Source: an uncultured Nitrososphaerales archaeon
GTDB lineage: Archaea > Thermoproteota > Nitrososphaeria > Nitrososphaerales > Nitrososphaeraceae
Direction of reading: 5' to 3'
Assembly: GCA_963713605.1 (NCBI GenBank)
Contig: CAVQMO010000010.1
Coordinates: forward strand, 224,001 to 288,000
Length of the DNA stretch: 64,000 nt
Positions 32,596 through 43,333 of this stretch are shown here, in pieces. A program made the translations under genes and the position numbers. Below the pieces are notes generated by a model. It had not been told where the DNA came from. It searched no databases and saw only the letters and a program-made list of their open reading frames with translations. The stretch's first letter is position 1, and each line of letters starts with the position of its first letter.

Positions 32596-32939
32596 TTGCA
32601 AGTTAGATATATCAATTAAAACTGATTGAATCAAATGCCATTCTACTGTCTAGACACATTTTAGTAAGAAACTACAATTCTCACAAAAGTATGTTAAAGT
32701 GTCAAAGCTGGAATTTAGTTCCATAACATCGTTACACCGTGGACACTCAATTTCATGATCTAATTAGATTACCGCCGGCTCTTCTTTCTGTTCCAATTGA
32801 AGACTGGACTTTTCTAAAGTTCTCAAGACTTTGATTTTCTGACGGTTATGTGATTTGGGGAACAAGTTTAGCATGGGGACGTTTAGTCACGATGATAATT
32901 GTCAAAAATGACAAATATATGAGCTAGGACTTCTAGGTG

Positions 32940-33137
32940 GGGGAGAGTAGCGTAGTGTACGTGGACATTCTCTTTAATTTTCAATCTCATACATGTGGTC
33001 ATTTCATTCGGCATAATGCATGATATTCAAACATATGTATGATTATACTATCGATGACTTTCTCTTCATCGATTCAATAAAAGTGCAGTTACAGTCAAGT
33101 CCCACATCTTTGCAGTTAACATATAATGGTTGTATAC
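32940..33137 (-). pseudogene. DUF1059-like small metal-binding protein, frameshifted
   Basis: YVNCKDVGLDCNC.../DEEKVIDSIIIHMFEYHA/PNEMTTCMRLKIKENVH. Confidence 0.65.
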
Positions 33138-33426
33138 ATTCTTCGAATTTTTGGGACATCAGAAATATGGAGTGAAATTTGTTATATAGTAATATGATAT
33201 ATTCTACTAGGAACTACGAACTAGGAAATTCTAAGTGTAATTGATACTCATAATATAATCCTACCAGCCTCCCCGTCTGTGAGTTACTACTGAGCCAGTT
33301 ATCATGGCAGTATTGTCAGGCTATTCTCATCAATCATTTGAAGTCTATGATAGAACCTAAGCAGACGAATAGTAGTTCCAATTGAGTATGAGTTGAAGTC
33401 GTTAATCTGTAAACAGATTCTATAAT

Positions 33427-33630
33427 TCACAAGCACGAGTTCACATTGACATCTATTAGGAAATCAGAAGCTGTTGGAAATTGTGCACCTACATTATTAA
33501 CTATTATCTTCATTACAATCAGGGTTACAGTTCTGGGTGGGTCTACGTCGAATGCCAACTTAGATGACGTAACTGAACCATCGGGTATCTTGGAAGTTGT
33601 AACAGCGCCATCAGCGATGTCATTATACCA
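33427..33630 (-). pseudogene. Surface-protein fragment with DGAVTTxKI repeats
   Basis: DIADGAVTTSKIPDGSVTSSKLA...LIVMKIIVNN...ASDFLIDV; N-terminus missing. Confidence 0.55.
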
Positions 33631-34199
33631 ATCTGCCTCAAAGTATGAGCGGTAGATTGCGTAGGTCCGTCTATGATGGCATTGGCTGCATTTCTAGTTG
33701 TTACTGTAACCATATAGTTTGCACTGGGATCTATAGTGAATCAAACTTTTCAAGATAATCTTTGCCATCAGTTGTTACGACGAGCTTATTAAAGGAATTC
33801 TTAGTTATTAGACGTGTTCGCTTCAAAGCGTCCACCCAAGTTTTTACTAATAATGTATCTCCATCAAATCTGGTTCTTCCGCTGATCATCAATCCCAATG
33901 AAAAATAAATCGGATATTAAAAAATGATTGATATAAAACAGGGGGGACTTTGCTTTTCATGTAGTGGGCGGATTACACGAGAGCATGTTGTTGTAAGTAG
34001 CGGTCGTCCAAGACACTATTATCACAAATATTTCGCGATTAAACATAACATCATCTAAATCATCTGTAGTATTCAAGCGTTTGATAGGCTGGTGGCATAC
34101 TCGTGAGCGTGCATAGTCTAAAGAAGACTAATATAGAATAGACAAACCGAATAACACCTTAGTTCATATTACCATAACACCCACGTAATTACGACATTA

Positions 34200-34445
34200 A
34201 TGAGTTACAGACAGAACACGAGATCAACGGATAACTTCTCAAAACCTGTAGAAACAGATAAAGAATACACAGTAGATATTACCGATAATGGTAGCGCAGG
34301 AGACGGTATAGCAAGAATAGATGGTTTAATAATCTTTGTAAAAAATGCAAAAGCCGGTTACAAGAACGTGAAAATTAAGATCAGTTCTGTAAAAGATAGA
34401 TTTGCTACTGCAGAAATAGCAGCAGATTCAATATATTCGACTTAA
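34200..34445 (+). CDS. Single TRAM-domain RNA-binding protein
   Basis: KPVE..KEYTVDI.D.GS.GDGIARIDGLIIFV...VKIKI..V..RFATAE. Confidence 0.9.
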   Translation: MSYRQNTRSTDNFSKPVETDKEYTVDITDNGSAGDGIARIDGLIIFVKNAKAGYKNVKIKISSVKDRFATAEIAADSIYST

Positions 34446-34567
34446 GTAATCAGCATTACTTTCTCCCACTAGTGCTGCTTTACTTCGTAAGTAGTCACGC
34501 ATTTTGTAAGTGTTCAATAACTGTGTTAACGTTCGTGAGTTAGACTTGATGTGTTTACGAAATGCGG

Positions 34568-34630
34568 TTTACAATTTATTTTTTACGATCTCAGTTACTA
34601 GATCTGTTAAGCAACTTGTCTCGAATGGTT
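34568..34630 (-). repeat. Diverged inverted copy of the response-regulator 3' end (32540-32602)
   Basis: Encodes PFETSCLTDLVTEIVKN versus PFDTDRLTDLVAEMIKN. Confidence 0.65.
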
Positions 34631-34939
34631 CGCAGATTTATTATGATTATAGGTTAACGTAGTAGTAACAACATGGTGGGAGACTACTCATCTTATCTCT
34701 TCAATAAGCACCCAGTCATTGTAATTAACTGAATTGATTCTGTCCGTTAATATTAATTAATAGTAGATTGTAAAGCAAATTGATCTAATCAGTCTCTGAG
34801 TCGGACTTGGTAAAATATACTAAACTTTGATAGTCGAAGATTTGTCCATTAAATAGGATATAACGGAAATACGATTTCTGTTTTCTATTGTATTTTCTTA
34901 ACTGACATTAACTTTAAGCGACAAAGTAGAATGTGACAT

Positions 34940-35212
34940 ATGGAGCGATAGCTCGCATTCCAGTTAAGTGTTATTATGATTGCCTTAGTGTTGCTTGCAT
35001 CTACGCATCCAGTGTTTGCTGATAGTTATGAGAAGAGCCAAGCCATATCTCAGGTTAATGAATGCGGTAATTATTGGTTTCCAGTAAACATAATATGTTC
35101 CAATTTAAACTTCCAAGTCCAAGGTGATGAGAATGATGCTGCGGCGGCTGCGGCAACTCAGGATGGTGAAAGTACAGTTTCTGACACGAATTATGGTACT
35201 CCATTTCCATAG
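34940..35212 (+). CDS. Small secreted Asn/Gln-rich two-Cys protein; TAG at codon 4 from ATG 34940, or restart at 34976
   Basis: Signal peptide, then YEKSQAISQVNECGN...NIICSN...QVQGDEN; paralogue at 51223. Confidence 0.65.
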
Positions 35213-35399
35213 AAGCTTTATTTGATTTGCCAAAAAAAGCCAACTAGAGCAATTATTTCAATTCTCCATCGAGAGTTCGTGCGGAATTTCCATAAGATTT
35301 TTCAAGTTGGTGCATACAGTAGATTCTTGGGACCAAAGTCAATCTTAAGCCATTTCGCTATTTCCTCTTATATCCAATGTCGTAATCATTGAAAACGGG

Positions 35400-35696
35400 A
35401 TGGAAGATGTTGTTCGATGGGCTGATATCATTGGTACTATTGCTGGCATTTTGGTGATGTCGTCATCCATGCCTCAGATAATGAAGTCTTACAAGACCAA
35501 AAAGATGTCCGATGTATCTATTTATTTGATGAGTCTTATAGCAAGTGGATTATTTCTATGGATTATCTATGGTCTTATCAGATCTGACCCGATCATAATT
35601 GGAACCAATGCAGCCGGACTTAGTCTAAATGCTATTTTACTAATTATGAAAATTAGATATGATAAGACACAAAGTAGTAGCATAAAGACATCGTAA
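35400..35696 (+). CDS. SemiSWEET / PQ-loop transporter
   Basis: IGTIAGIL...MPQIMKSYKTK...DVS...LWIIYG...PIIIGTN; three TM helices. Confidence 0.9.
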   Translation: MEDVVRWADIIGTIAGILVMSSSMPQIMKSYKTKKMSDVSIYLMSLIASGLFLWIIYGLIRSDPIIIGTNAAGLSLNAILLIMKIRYDKTQSSSIKTS

Positions 35697-36134
35697 GTAT
35701 ACTAATTCTCGTCTTTTTAAAAAAATAGATTGCATGGTCAACTGACGTTATCAGCATCGAAAAATATGCCTTGGTAAAGAAGTCAGAGTTTCATTCTGTC
35801 TGTTCCTTGATCAAGAACTTATCATATATATTTTTAGTCTACTCTAAATGTTCTGGTAAACCCTTCCCTTCTCTTGGTCGTACAATAGTACTTTGCATCA
35901 CTAATACAAAATGCCGTTAACCTGAAAAGAGTCGTTTCAAAGCCAAGAAAGATTCGAAGATCGTCTGGAGAAAAAGATTTTTCGGTTTAGACGAAAAATT
36001 CTATATAGACTAACTAAGTGTTTAATAGATCTCGCTTTGTTATTGTTCTATTATTTTCTTGTTTTTCTTATTTTTGTTGGCTGATTCTCGAGGGAAAAAA
36101 GTGGGACGTCTTTGTGATCTTAGATATGGTGAGG

Positions 36135-37080
36135 CTAAGAATGAGCTTCTAGCTGGAAAGGGACCTCATATATTCTACCATATCTGTTAACCATAACTGT
36201 TACACGGTCATTAGCTTTCTTTTTCTGTCTTATATACGATGATATTTGCGAAGGACTCTGTATCTTATTTCCATCAACCTCTTCAATAATGTCTCCTCGT
36301 CTAAGCCCTGCATTATCTGCAGGGCTATATGGCTCGACATTTACGATTAAAGCACCTTCTACAATCGGTAGTCTGTAGTACCTGGCTATCTTAGGATCTA
36401 TCTTTATTGTACTTATGCCTAGCCATGGCCTTGATACTTGTCCATCCTCTATCAATTCAGCTAATATCGATTTCACCGTATTGATAGGAACAGCAAACCC
36501 GATTCCTTGTCCATATGGTATTTTTGCCGTATTAATTGCAACTACTTCGCCCTTTGTGTTAATTAGTGGTCCACCTGAATTACCTGGATTTATCGCAGCA
36601 TCAGTTTGGACCAACTCCAAGATCCCATTCTCAAATTGTACATTTCTATTTAATGAACTAATAATTCCAGCAGTTACAGTAGGCGTTCCAGTAAGACCAA
36701 AAGGGTTGCCTACGGCCATAACTATTTGTCCAACCTTGAGCTCATCAGAGTTGCCAAGATCTGCAGGTTGAAAGCTCACCTCATTATTAGGCTCTGTCTT
36801 AACAACAGCCAAATCAGTCACTACATCCTTACCTACCGTCTTGGCATTGGCTAGTTTGGAATCACTAAAAGTTACCCTTAACCTTTCTGTATCATCTATT
36901 ACATGATTGTTGGTTAGTATATGTCCCTTATTGTCAAGTATGACGCCGGATCCTACACCTTGTACTGGAAATACTCTAAAAAGCTCGATCTTGCATCAAT
37001 CGAACACCAGCTATGTTGACTACACTTTTGCTAACTTTTTCAACTGCACTAATGATGGCCTCCTCTGAGACTGGCATCAT
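36135..37080 (-). pseudogene. htrA: HtrA/DegP trypsin-like protease with PDZ; 1-bp insertion at about 36986
   Basis: GSGVI, LTNNHV, TDLAV, TDAAINPGNSGGPL and PDZ; span is 946 bp (3n+1). Confidence 0.88.
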
Positions 37081-37308
37081 TATGTTGTGAAGATCACTTC
37101 CTTATTCTCCATATTGGTTATGCGATATATGGTTGCTTGCCTATTTATACATATCGTATATGCAGTACGAAATAACCCCTCCCTGAAAGAATCATTCCTG
37201 GATACCACAGGCAGAGATTACATACTTCATGATATACTAATTACAGAGTAGGCAATACAAGAGGATATATGTCGAGAGTACGAAGTTCCAATTGGTTTCG
37301 AGCATATA

Positions 37309-38331
37309 TTGATAACCATTAAGAATCTCTTCAAACAGTATGACAATGTAACTGTTCTTAATGATATTAATATCAAAGTATTTGATAATGAGGTATTTGG
37401 ACTCCTAGGACCAAATGGGGCTGGTAAGACCACACTAATCCATATTCTTGCTACTTTGATCGAACCAAGCGCTGGCAGTGCAACAGTGAATGGATACGAT
37501 ATAATCAAGAACCCTTCCGAAGTCAGATCTAGTATTGGTATTGTATTTCAAGCTCCAAGTAGTGACGATATGCTTACTGGATACGAAAACTTGAAGTTAC
37601 ATTCACTTTTATACGCAGTCCCAAAAGAACTTCGGGAAAAAAGGATATCTGAAGTGTTAGAGCTGGTGGGCCTTACCAACAGAAAGGACGACCAAGTCAA
37701 AAAATATTCTGGAGGTATGCGCAGACGCTTAGAAATAGCCAGAGGTTTACTCCACAAACCAACTGTAATCTTTCTGGATGAACCAACACTTGGGCTTGAT
37801 CCTAGTAGCAGGGAAGTGATGTGGAAATATATTAACCGATTAGTTAAAGATGAAAAAATTACGCTTATACTTACGACGCATTACATGGAAGAAGCAGATT
37901 TTCTTTGTGATAGAATTGGTATCATAGATAAAGGCATGATAATTGCTCTTGACTCACCGAAGCAATTGAAAGAACAACTTGGAGGAGATGTAATAGAAAT
38001 GGAGTTAGCAAACAAACATACTGACGAAGAAAACATAGGCCGTCTTTTAAAGCAGTGCAATTTTGTGCGTAAAGTTGAAATAGATGCAAAAAAAGGAAAT
38101 CTTCTCATATATGTAGATGACGCAAGCCATAATTTACCTGCTATTCTCAAAATATTAGATAAGACAAATAATACGGAGGTAGAATCGGTAGAACTTAGGA
38201 GCCCTACTCTTAACGATGTTTTTCTTAAATTTGCAAAAAGACACATTACAAAGAGACAGGGGCAAGACGAGGATGAGGATGATTCAGAAGGAGGGTTTAT
38301 GGAAAAATATGCTCAATATGGAAATAAATAA
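37309..38331 (+). CDS. ABC exporter ATP-binding subunit (DrrA-like)
   Basis: GPNGAGKT, YSGGMRRRLE, FLDEPT, TTHYMEEA. Confidence 0.95.
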   Translation: MITIKNLFKQYDNVTVLNDINIKVFDNEVFGLLGPNGAGKTTLIHILATLIEPSAGSATVNGYDIIKNPSEVRSSIGIVFQAPSSDDMLTGYENLKLHSLLYAVPKELREKRISEVLELVGLTNRKDDQVKKYSGGMRRRLEIARGLLHKPTVIFLDEPTLGLDPSSREVMWKYINRLVKDEKITLILTTHYMEEADFLCDRIGIIDKGMIIALDSPKQLKEQLGGDVIEMELANKHTDEENIGRLLKQCNFVRKVEIDAKKGNLLIYVDDASHNLPAILKILDKTNNTEVESVELRSPTLNDVFLKFAKRHITKRQGQDEDEDDSEGGFMEKYAQYGNK

Positions 38332-39124
38332 GAGAGGGATAGAATTAGGGTTAGGGAAGCTATACGCTATTTGGCTTAGAGAATTCAAAGTCTTTTTAAG
38401 AGAAAAAAGTAGGCTCATCGCATCTACATTTACTCCGCTATTATGGCTATTTGTTATTGGAGAAGGGTTTGGATCAACAACTGATCTTTTTGGTACAGCG
38501 CGTTTTGCAGCCGATACTAATATCGGGTATCAACAGTTCATTTTTCCTGGCATAATATGTATGTCAGTTATATTTACTTCAGTATTCTTCGGTTCCTACA
38601 TAATCTGGGACAGAAAGTTTGATTTTCTCAAAAGTGTGATGGTAGCTCCGGTTAGTAGAACTACGATCTTCCTAGGGAAGGCTTTTGGAGGCATGACTAC
38701 TTCATTGATACAAGCCGCTATTTTGTTAGTAGTTGGATTTGTGATTGGAATACACTATACTCCACTGTCTTTGGTTTTTATTATTATCATAATCCTTCTT
38801 CTTTCCTTCACACTCACATCGCTCGGTCTTACTCTGGGGAGTCATATGGAAAGCTTGGAGGGTTTTCAACTAATCGTAAGCTTTGTTGTATTTCCTCTTT
38901 ACTTTCTAAGTGGGGCTCTTTTTCCACTAAATAATCTTCCAACATGGCTTTCTATTTTAACTACCCTAGATCCAGTCACTTATGGAGTTGGCGCATTGAG
39001 AGAGGTAATGCTGGGAATAACAGGAATGAACCCATTCGCCTTAAACATCGGTATTTTGCTGCTCTCCGCAGCATCTCTAGGGACTATTGGAGTGCTCTCC
39101 TTTAGACGAATGAAAGCTGTCTAG
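38318..39124 (+). CDS. ABC-2 type permease
   Basis: Y.QFIFPGI, DRKFDFLK..MVAP, FLSGALFP, DPVTYGV; overlaps the ATPase stop. Confidence 0.93.
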   Translation: MEINKRGIELGLGKLYAIWLREFKVFLREKSRLIASTFTPLLWLFVIGEGFGSTTDLFGTARFAADTNIGYQQFIFPGIICMSVIFTSVFFGSYIIWDRKFDFLKSVMVAPVSRTTIFLGKAFGGMTTSLIQAAILLVVGFVIGIHYTPLSLVFIIIIILLLSFTLTSLGLTLGSHMESLEGFQLIVSFVVFPLYFLSGALFPLNNLPTWLSILTTLDPVTYGVGALREVMLGITGMNPFALNIGILLLSAASLGTIGVLSFRRMKAV

Positions 39125-39307
39125 TTGACTAAAATTGTGTATGTGCGTTCGTGTGTCCGAACTCTTTTTTCTTTCGTTACACACCATTGCATTCTCAATC
39201 ATGTTTTCAATGAAGTATGATTATGACAGATCGCAACTAACTTATATAGAATAGTAACAACCCTGCTGGAAAGACGATGACTTATGTGCGGATGCAAGTG
39301 AATAACA

Positions 39308-39691
39308 TCAAATCATTTTCTTGCTTGAAACTATTTCTTTAATTTTGGCTTTGATCTGCGTCAATTCATCAGGAATCTCTTTCGATTTATTCGTCCATAT
39401 CACTGTATGGACTTTGCTTCCTATCGTTACGATAAGTGTGAATGATAACACATTGCTATCATCCTTTTCTGCGTCTTTCCCAGCTGGATAGTCGGCATTA
39501 AATTCAAAGAATCTATCACCTTTAAAACAGTCTCTCAATATTTCCTCATCTGAATCAGCCAAGGTCTTCTGTACAAGGTTTGAACCTGTCATATCAGTAG
39601 AAGCTTTAATTTCCTTTGTTGCTGAATCATACGAGACTAGAAGATATTTGTTGCTCAAACCACCTGATTCAGTATATTTGAAACTAAACAT
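39308..39691 (-). CDS. Hypothetical protein
   Basis: 127-aa ORF (YTESGG...HTVIWT) with protein-like composition. Confidence 0.7.
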   Translation of the reverse strand: MFSFKYTESGGLSNKYLLVSYDSATKEIKASTDMTGSNLVQKTLADSDEEILRDCFKGDRFFEFNADYPAGKDAEKDDSNVLSFTLIVTIGSKVHTVIWTNKSKEIPDELTQIKAKIKEIVSSKKMI

Positions 39692-40009
39692 ATGGTATTA
39701 ATGAGTTTATTTGCTTATATGTATTGGTTGTAAATTATCACTAGTGATATCATAACACTTTCATGCTTGAGACTTTGTTACTTTCCAACCAGTAACTCTA
39801 ACCTACTTATTGCATCATTCATCACATTCTTACACTCACTATCATCGTGGTATGGCACTGCATCTGTGGATACTAAATAACAGATAGAGAATACTGGTAA
39901 TCTTTTTCAAGCTTCTTAATCCTCTCTTTCCTAGAGGAGCTCCTTCACCCTATGTTGGCGGTATAAAAAACGGGAAAAAGGAGTCCATTTATCCGTACTG
40001 GTGTATTAT

Positions 40010-40239
40010 TCACTTCACAAATACTGTATATACTCCGTCTCTTTCTATCAGTTCAGAAGTAGGACCAGCAAGGTGATCCGTGACACTGAATTCTATAGTA
40101 TGTTTTCCTACAGCCAGAGGAGGCAAGAATAAAGTATATGCATCTGTTATTCCTCTAGATGCGCCAGGGGTCTAAAATCAAAGAGACCTTTAACGGAGTT
40201 TGGTGGTACTGTTACATTGTAAAAGCTCGCTGTAACCAT
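40010..40239 (-). pseudogene. C-terminal fragment of a secreted protein
   Basis: FYNVTVPPNS.../PGASRGITDAYTLFLPPLAVGKHTIEFSV; frameshift and no N-terminus. Confidence 0.5.
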
Positions 40240-40287
40240 CTATCTTAACCATTATTGGTTAGTTTTACTTCAAAGTGATATAATGTA

Positions 40288-40510
40288 TACCGTCATTTCG
40301 TATAGCTAGCAAAATGGAATATGTAGAATGGAAGAATTTCTGAGAGCGCTTCCCAAAACTGATAGAAAAGTATTTGATGATATGTTTTCCACATCCGCTT
40401 TATACAATTCGGCATGCGTATTCTCTGCTAATCCTGTACGAATACAACCTATAATTATGTCTATTTTATTTCATCATTATAAGGAACTAACCAAACTCGG
40501 ATCAAAATGA
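40288..40510 (+). pseudogene. Frameshifted member of the MGRTIPSFRIA small-protein family
   Basis: IPSFRIASKMEYVEWK / FLRALPKTDRKVFDDMF...YNSAC...PIIMSILFHHYK. Confidence 0.6.
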
Positions 40511-40592
40511 AGAGGCATGAATACCTTTAACGGGTTTGCGGAAAAGAAAAAAGTGAGTTGGATTGTTACTTGCTGTTACCTGTTATTCCTTA

Positions 40593-41582
40593 TTACCTTC
40601 CTATACACAGACCACTTGGATTACTTGTCTGACAGCTGTTGTCCACATATTGGTTTGCGTTGATGTTTGTTGGTAGTCCATTTGCATTGTTAAGGTCAAT
40701 TACATTCTCAAGTACGTTATTTGCTGATATTGTATTCTGTTTGCTCTGTCCATCTAGAAATACTCCATTCTGACTTCCAACTACATTGTTCATTCCTACA
40801 CTGGACTGTTGTGTGTTGACAAATGTTATTCCTGCTAGCAAGTTGCCATTCATAAGGTTTGAGTCTATAGCACCACCTGTACTTGAGTGAGATGCTACAC
40901 CTATACTATTACCCTGTATAATGTTTTGTTTTACTTGTGCATTTTCAGCTCCTGTCATAAATGTACCTATCTGGTTGTTAGATAGTATGACAGAATTAAT
41001 CGTAAATCCATTTGCTCCAGTAAGAAGTACTCCTGCTTGGAAGTTGCTGAGTGAACCAGGTCCATTTACTACTACATTATCAACATTTGGTACCATAATC
41101 CCAACTTTAGAGCTGTCCTGTCCAGGTCCTGTGATTGAGAATCCATTCATGTTAATTACTGTGTTTGGACCACCTACTATGATACCATCTCCACTATTGC
41201 AGTTAAGATTTGCAGTTAGATTTACTACTCCGCTTACCACTTGTCCACATGCTGCGTTTGTTGATGCTGCTTGTTGTGGTTGTGCTTGTTGCTGTGGTTG
41301 TGGTTGGGCTTGTTGTTGCAGGGTAGCAACGTCATCACTCTCAACGTTACCTCCAGTATTAGGAGCGGTTTCCATACTTAACGGTGCTAATTGTGGTTGC
41401 TGTGGGAGCGTGTTAACTACGTTACTGTTACCACTACCATTATCATCATCATCGTCATTGTGCTTTGGTTTTGTTGCATCCGCTGGAAAAGTGTACAGTG
41501 CGGTTAAACTACCTACCGATACTACTAATGCTACCGCGATTATTACTGCTAGTATCGTTCTTGTTGTATTTATTTGATTCAT
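40593..41582 (-). CDS. Secreted right-handed parallel beta-helix (NosD-like) protein
   Basis: Signal helix, Q/P-rich linker, ACGQVV...NLNC, many Asn-ladder repeats (NNQIG, GNSIG, GNLLAG). Confidence 0.85.
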   Translation of the reverse strand: MNQINTTRTILAVIIAVALVVSVGSLTALYTFPADATKPKHNDDDDDNGSGNSNVVNTLPQQPQLAPLSMETAPNTGGNVESDDVATLQQQAQPQPQQQAQPQQAASTNAACGQVVSGVVNLTANLNCNSGDGIIVGGPNTVINMNGFSITGPGQDSSKVGIMVPNVDNVVVNGPGSLSNFQAGVLLTGANGFTINSVILSNNQIGTFMTGAENAQVKQNIIQGNSIGVASHSSTGGAIDSNLMNGNLLAGITFVNTQQSSVGMNNVVGSQNGVFLDGQSKQNTISANNVLENVIDLNNANGLPTNINANQYVDNSCQTSNPSGLCIGR

Positions 41583-41881
41583 TTATAGTAACCTCCGATG
41601 CTAACAATTCTGCTGTTATCTGTTGTTGGAGCAAGTGGTGGCACTAATTCATGCATCTTTTCATATATTTCCAATAACTTCATGCCTTTTTCTGCTGTTC
41701 TATATGTCTGCTTTCCACTTTCATATTCGATGAGTCCATTGTCTTGCAACATTGTAAGATATTCTCGGAGCTGCGCAAATGATAGAAATGCTTTGTACAT
41801 TATTTTTGTCTTGGTTGCTCCTCCTCCGTTTGCGGCATCAAGGATGAGGCCAACAATTTCAGTTCTACTTCTGTATTTCAT
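41579..41881 (-). CDS. Winged-helix transcriptional regulator (archaeal ArsR-like/HTH_45)
   Basis: MKYRSRTEIV..IL.AA..GATKTKIMYKAFLS..QL.EYL; ATGA overlap with the downstream gene. Confidence 0.92.
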   Translation of the reverse strand: MKYRSRTEIVGLILDAANGGGATKTKIMYKAFLSFAQLREYLTMLQDNGLIEYESGKQTYRTAEKGMKLLEIYEKMHELVPPLAPTTDNSRIVSIGGYYK

Positions 41882-42478
41882 AATAGAATCAATCAGAACT
41901 TGTAGACTAGATATTTATACACGCCTACTATTACTACTAATACTTGCGTTAGTATGTATTTAATTATAATATTCACATATCACATCAAGTATAACTATAC
42001 GATCTTAGAAGTATCCATTTTACTAGAAGAATGACATCAGAGATCTACGCGATTAAATTCAGATATCGCAATGTTAGTTAACAATTTTACAGCTAATATT
42101 GAGGCGCACAGACATACCCATCTAAACGCAATGTAACAAGGATTTGTTTGATAAGCAGGGACAAATGACATTCACATTATTAAGCCTCCTACTATAAATT
42201 TCTGTAATCTGTTGCTTATAGCAAATATCTCGATTATGTCTATAAATATGACTTACTAAGGATTCTGTATAGGCAATAAGTCTAATAGGCTGGTCAAATT
42301 AGGCCGGCGGATATCCCTTCTACACTTAGCAGGCAAATAACTCCCCGTCTTACAAGAACCAAATATTCGACCGTATACTAGTAGTAGCAGTTAAGCGATG
42401 CGATAAGAAATCATAACAGAATAGCAAAGCTTAAACTTAATTTAAAAAAGAAATGAAAAATTGGTTATTAAGATCACG

Positions 42479-43201
42479 TTATGCCCCACCATATTTGCTT
42501 TTATCATGAATAATATTGGTTTTCGGGGTAGTAACATTATGTAAAGAGGGTACCGTAGAATCGACACCTTCGTCTCGCTCTAATTTGGGGTTACTTGGAC
42601 TCTGTCCCTCATATGATCCAGCAATATCTGATCTGTTTCGGTGTCGAAGTTCCTCGCTGACCATACTTCTAATTTCATTTCCTGGGATGATCACTTCTTT
42701 TGTATTTTTATTCCTTTGTGATTTTGAGTTTCTTATTGTCTTTGAACTCTTGCTCATATCTTTGTTCCTTTGTGTGCGACCTAACTTGCGTACAACTTTT
42801 TTTGTTATGTCTCTGGCCATGAGAAACGGTACTCCAGAGCGACTGACGGTCTGCGTCATTCGATGCGAGTCGAATTTTTCTTGTCGACCACTAGATCTTT
42901 TGACATATATAGATCTTTCTTTCCTAGGATTTGTGCGCGTAGCTTTTCTTGTTGCTCTTCCAGTTTTATGAATTCTATCCGACTTGCTCGATGCGATATT
43001 TGAGTTACTAACCGCTTTACGAAATCGTGAGGTAACCACTCCAGGTTTCTTGACCGATCTTTGATTTTTTTTGTTAGGTCCAGAAGTAGTCACTTTTCTT
43101 CGTACAGGTGAAATTTTTGCCCTTTTCTTTGTTGTCCTCTTGATTTTATTTTGTGTGGTATTCGAACTTTTTTTTGTTCGGCTTGCTATTCTCCTAACCA
43201 T
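42479..43201 (-). CDS. ATP-cone-like protein with long Lys/Arg-rich extension
   Basis: VKRSSGRQEKFD..RM...VSRSG; about 95 aa of K/R/S/T-rich N-terminus. Confidence 0.75.
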   Translation of the reverse strand: MVRRIASRTKKSSNTTQNKIKRTTKKRAKISPVRRKVTTSGPNKKNQRSVKKPGVVTSRFRKAVSNSNIASSKSDRIHKTGRATRKATRTNPRKERSIYVKRSSGRQEKFDSHRMTQTVSRSGVPFLMARDITKKVVRKLGRTQRNKDMSKSSKTIRNSKSQRNKNTKEVIIPGNEIRSMVSEELRHRNRSDIAGSYEGQSPSNPKLERDEGVDSTVPSLHNVTTPKTNIIHDKSKYGGA

Positions 43202-43333
43202 TACTCCTTTAAGTTCTATTTTACTGATTCATATACTTATGGGCCTTAATCTGAGATATCTTTAGTTGATCAACAAAAAATTGATCATCATCATCACCTA
43301 GTAGGACTACCAAGACAAAGGAATTCCATTTAT

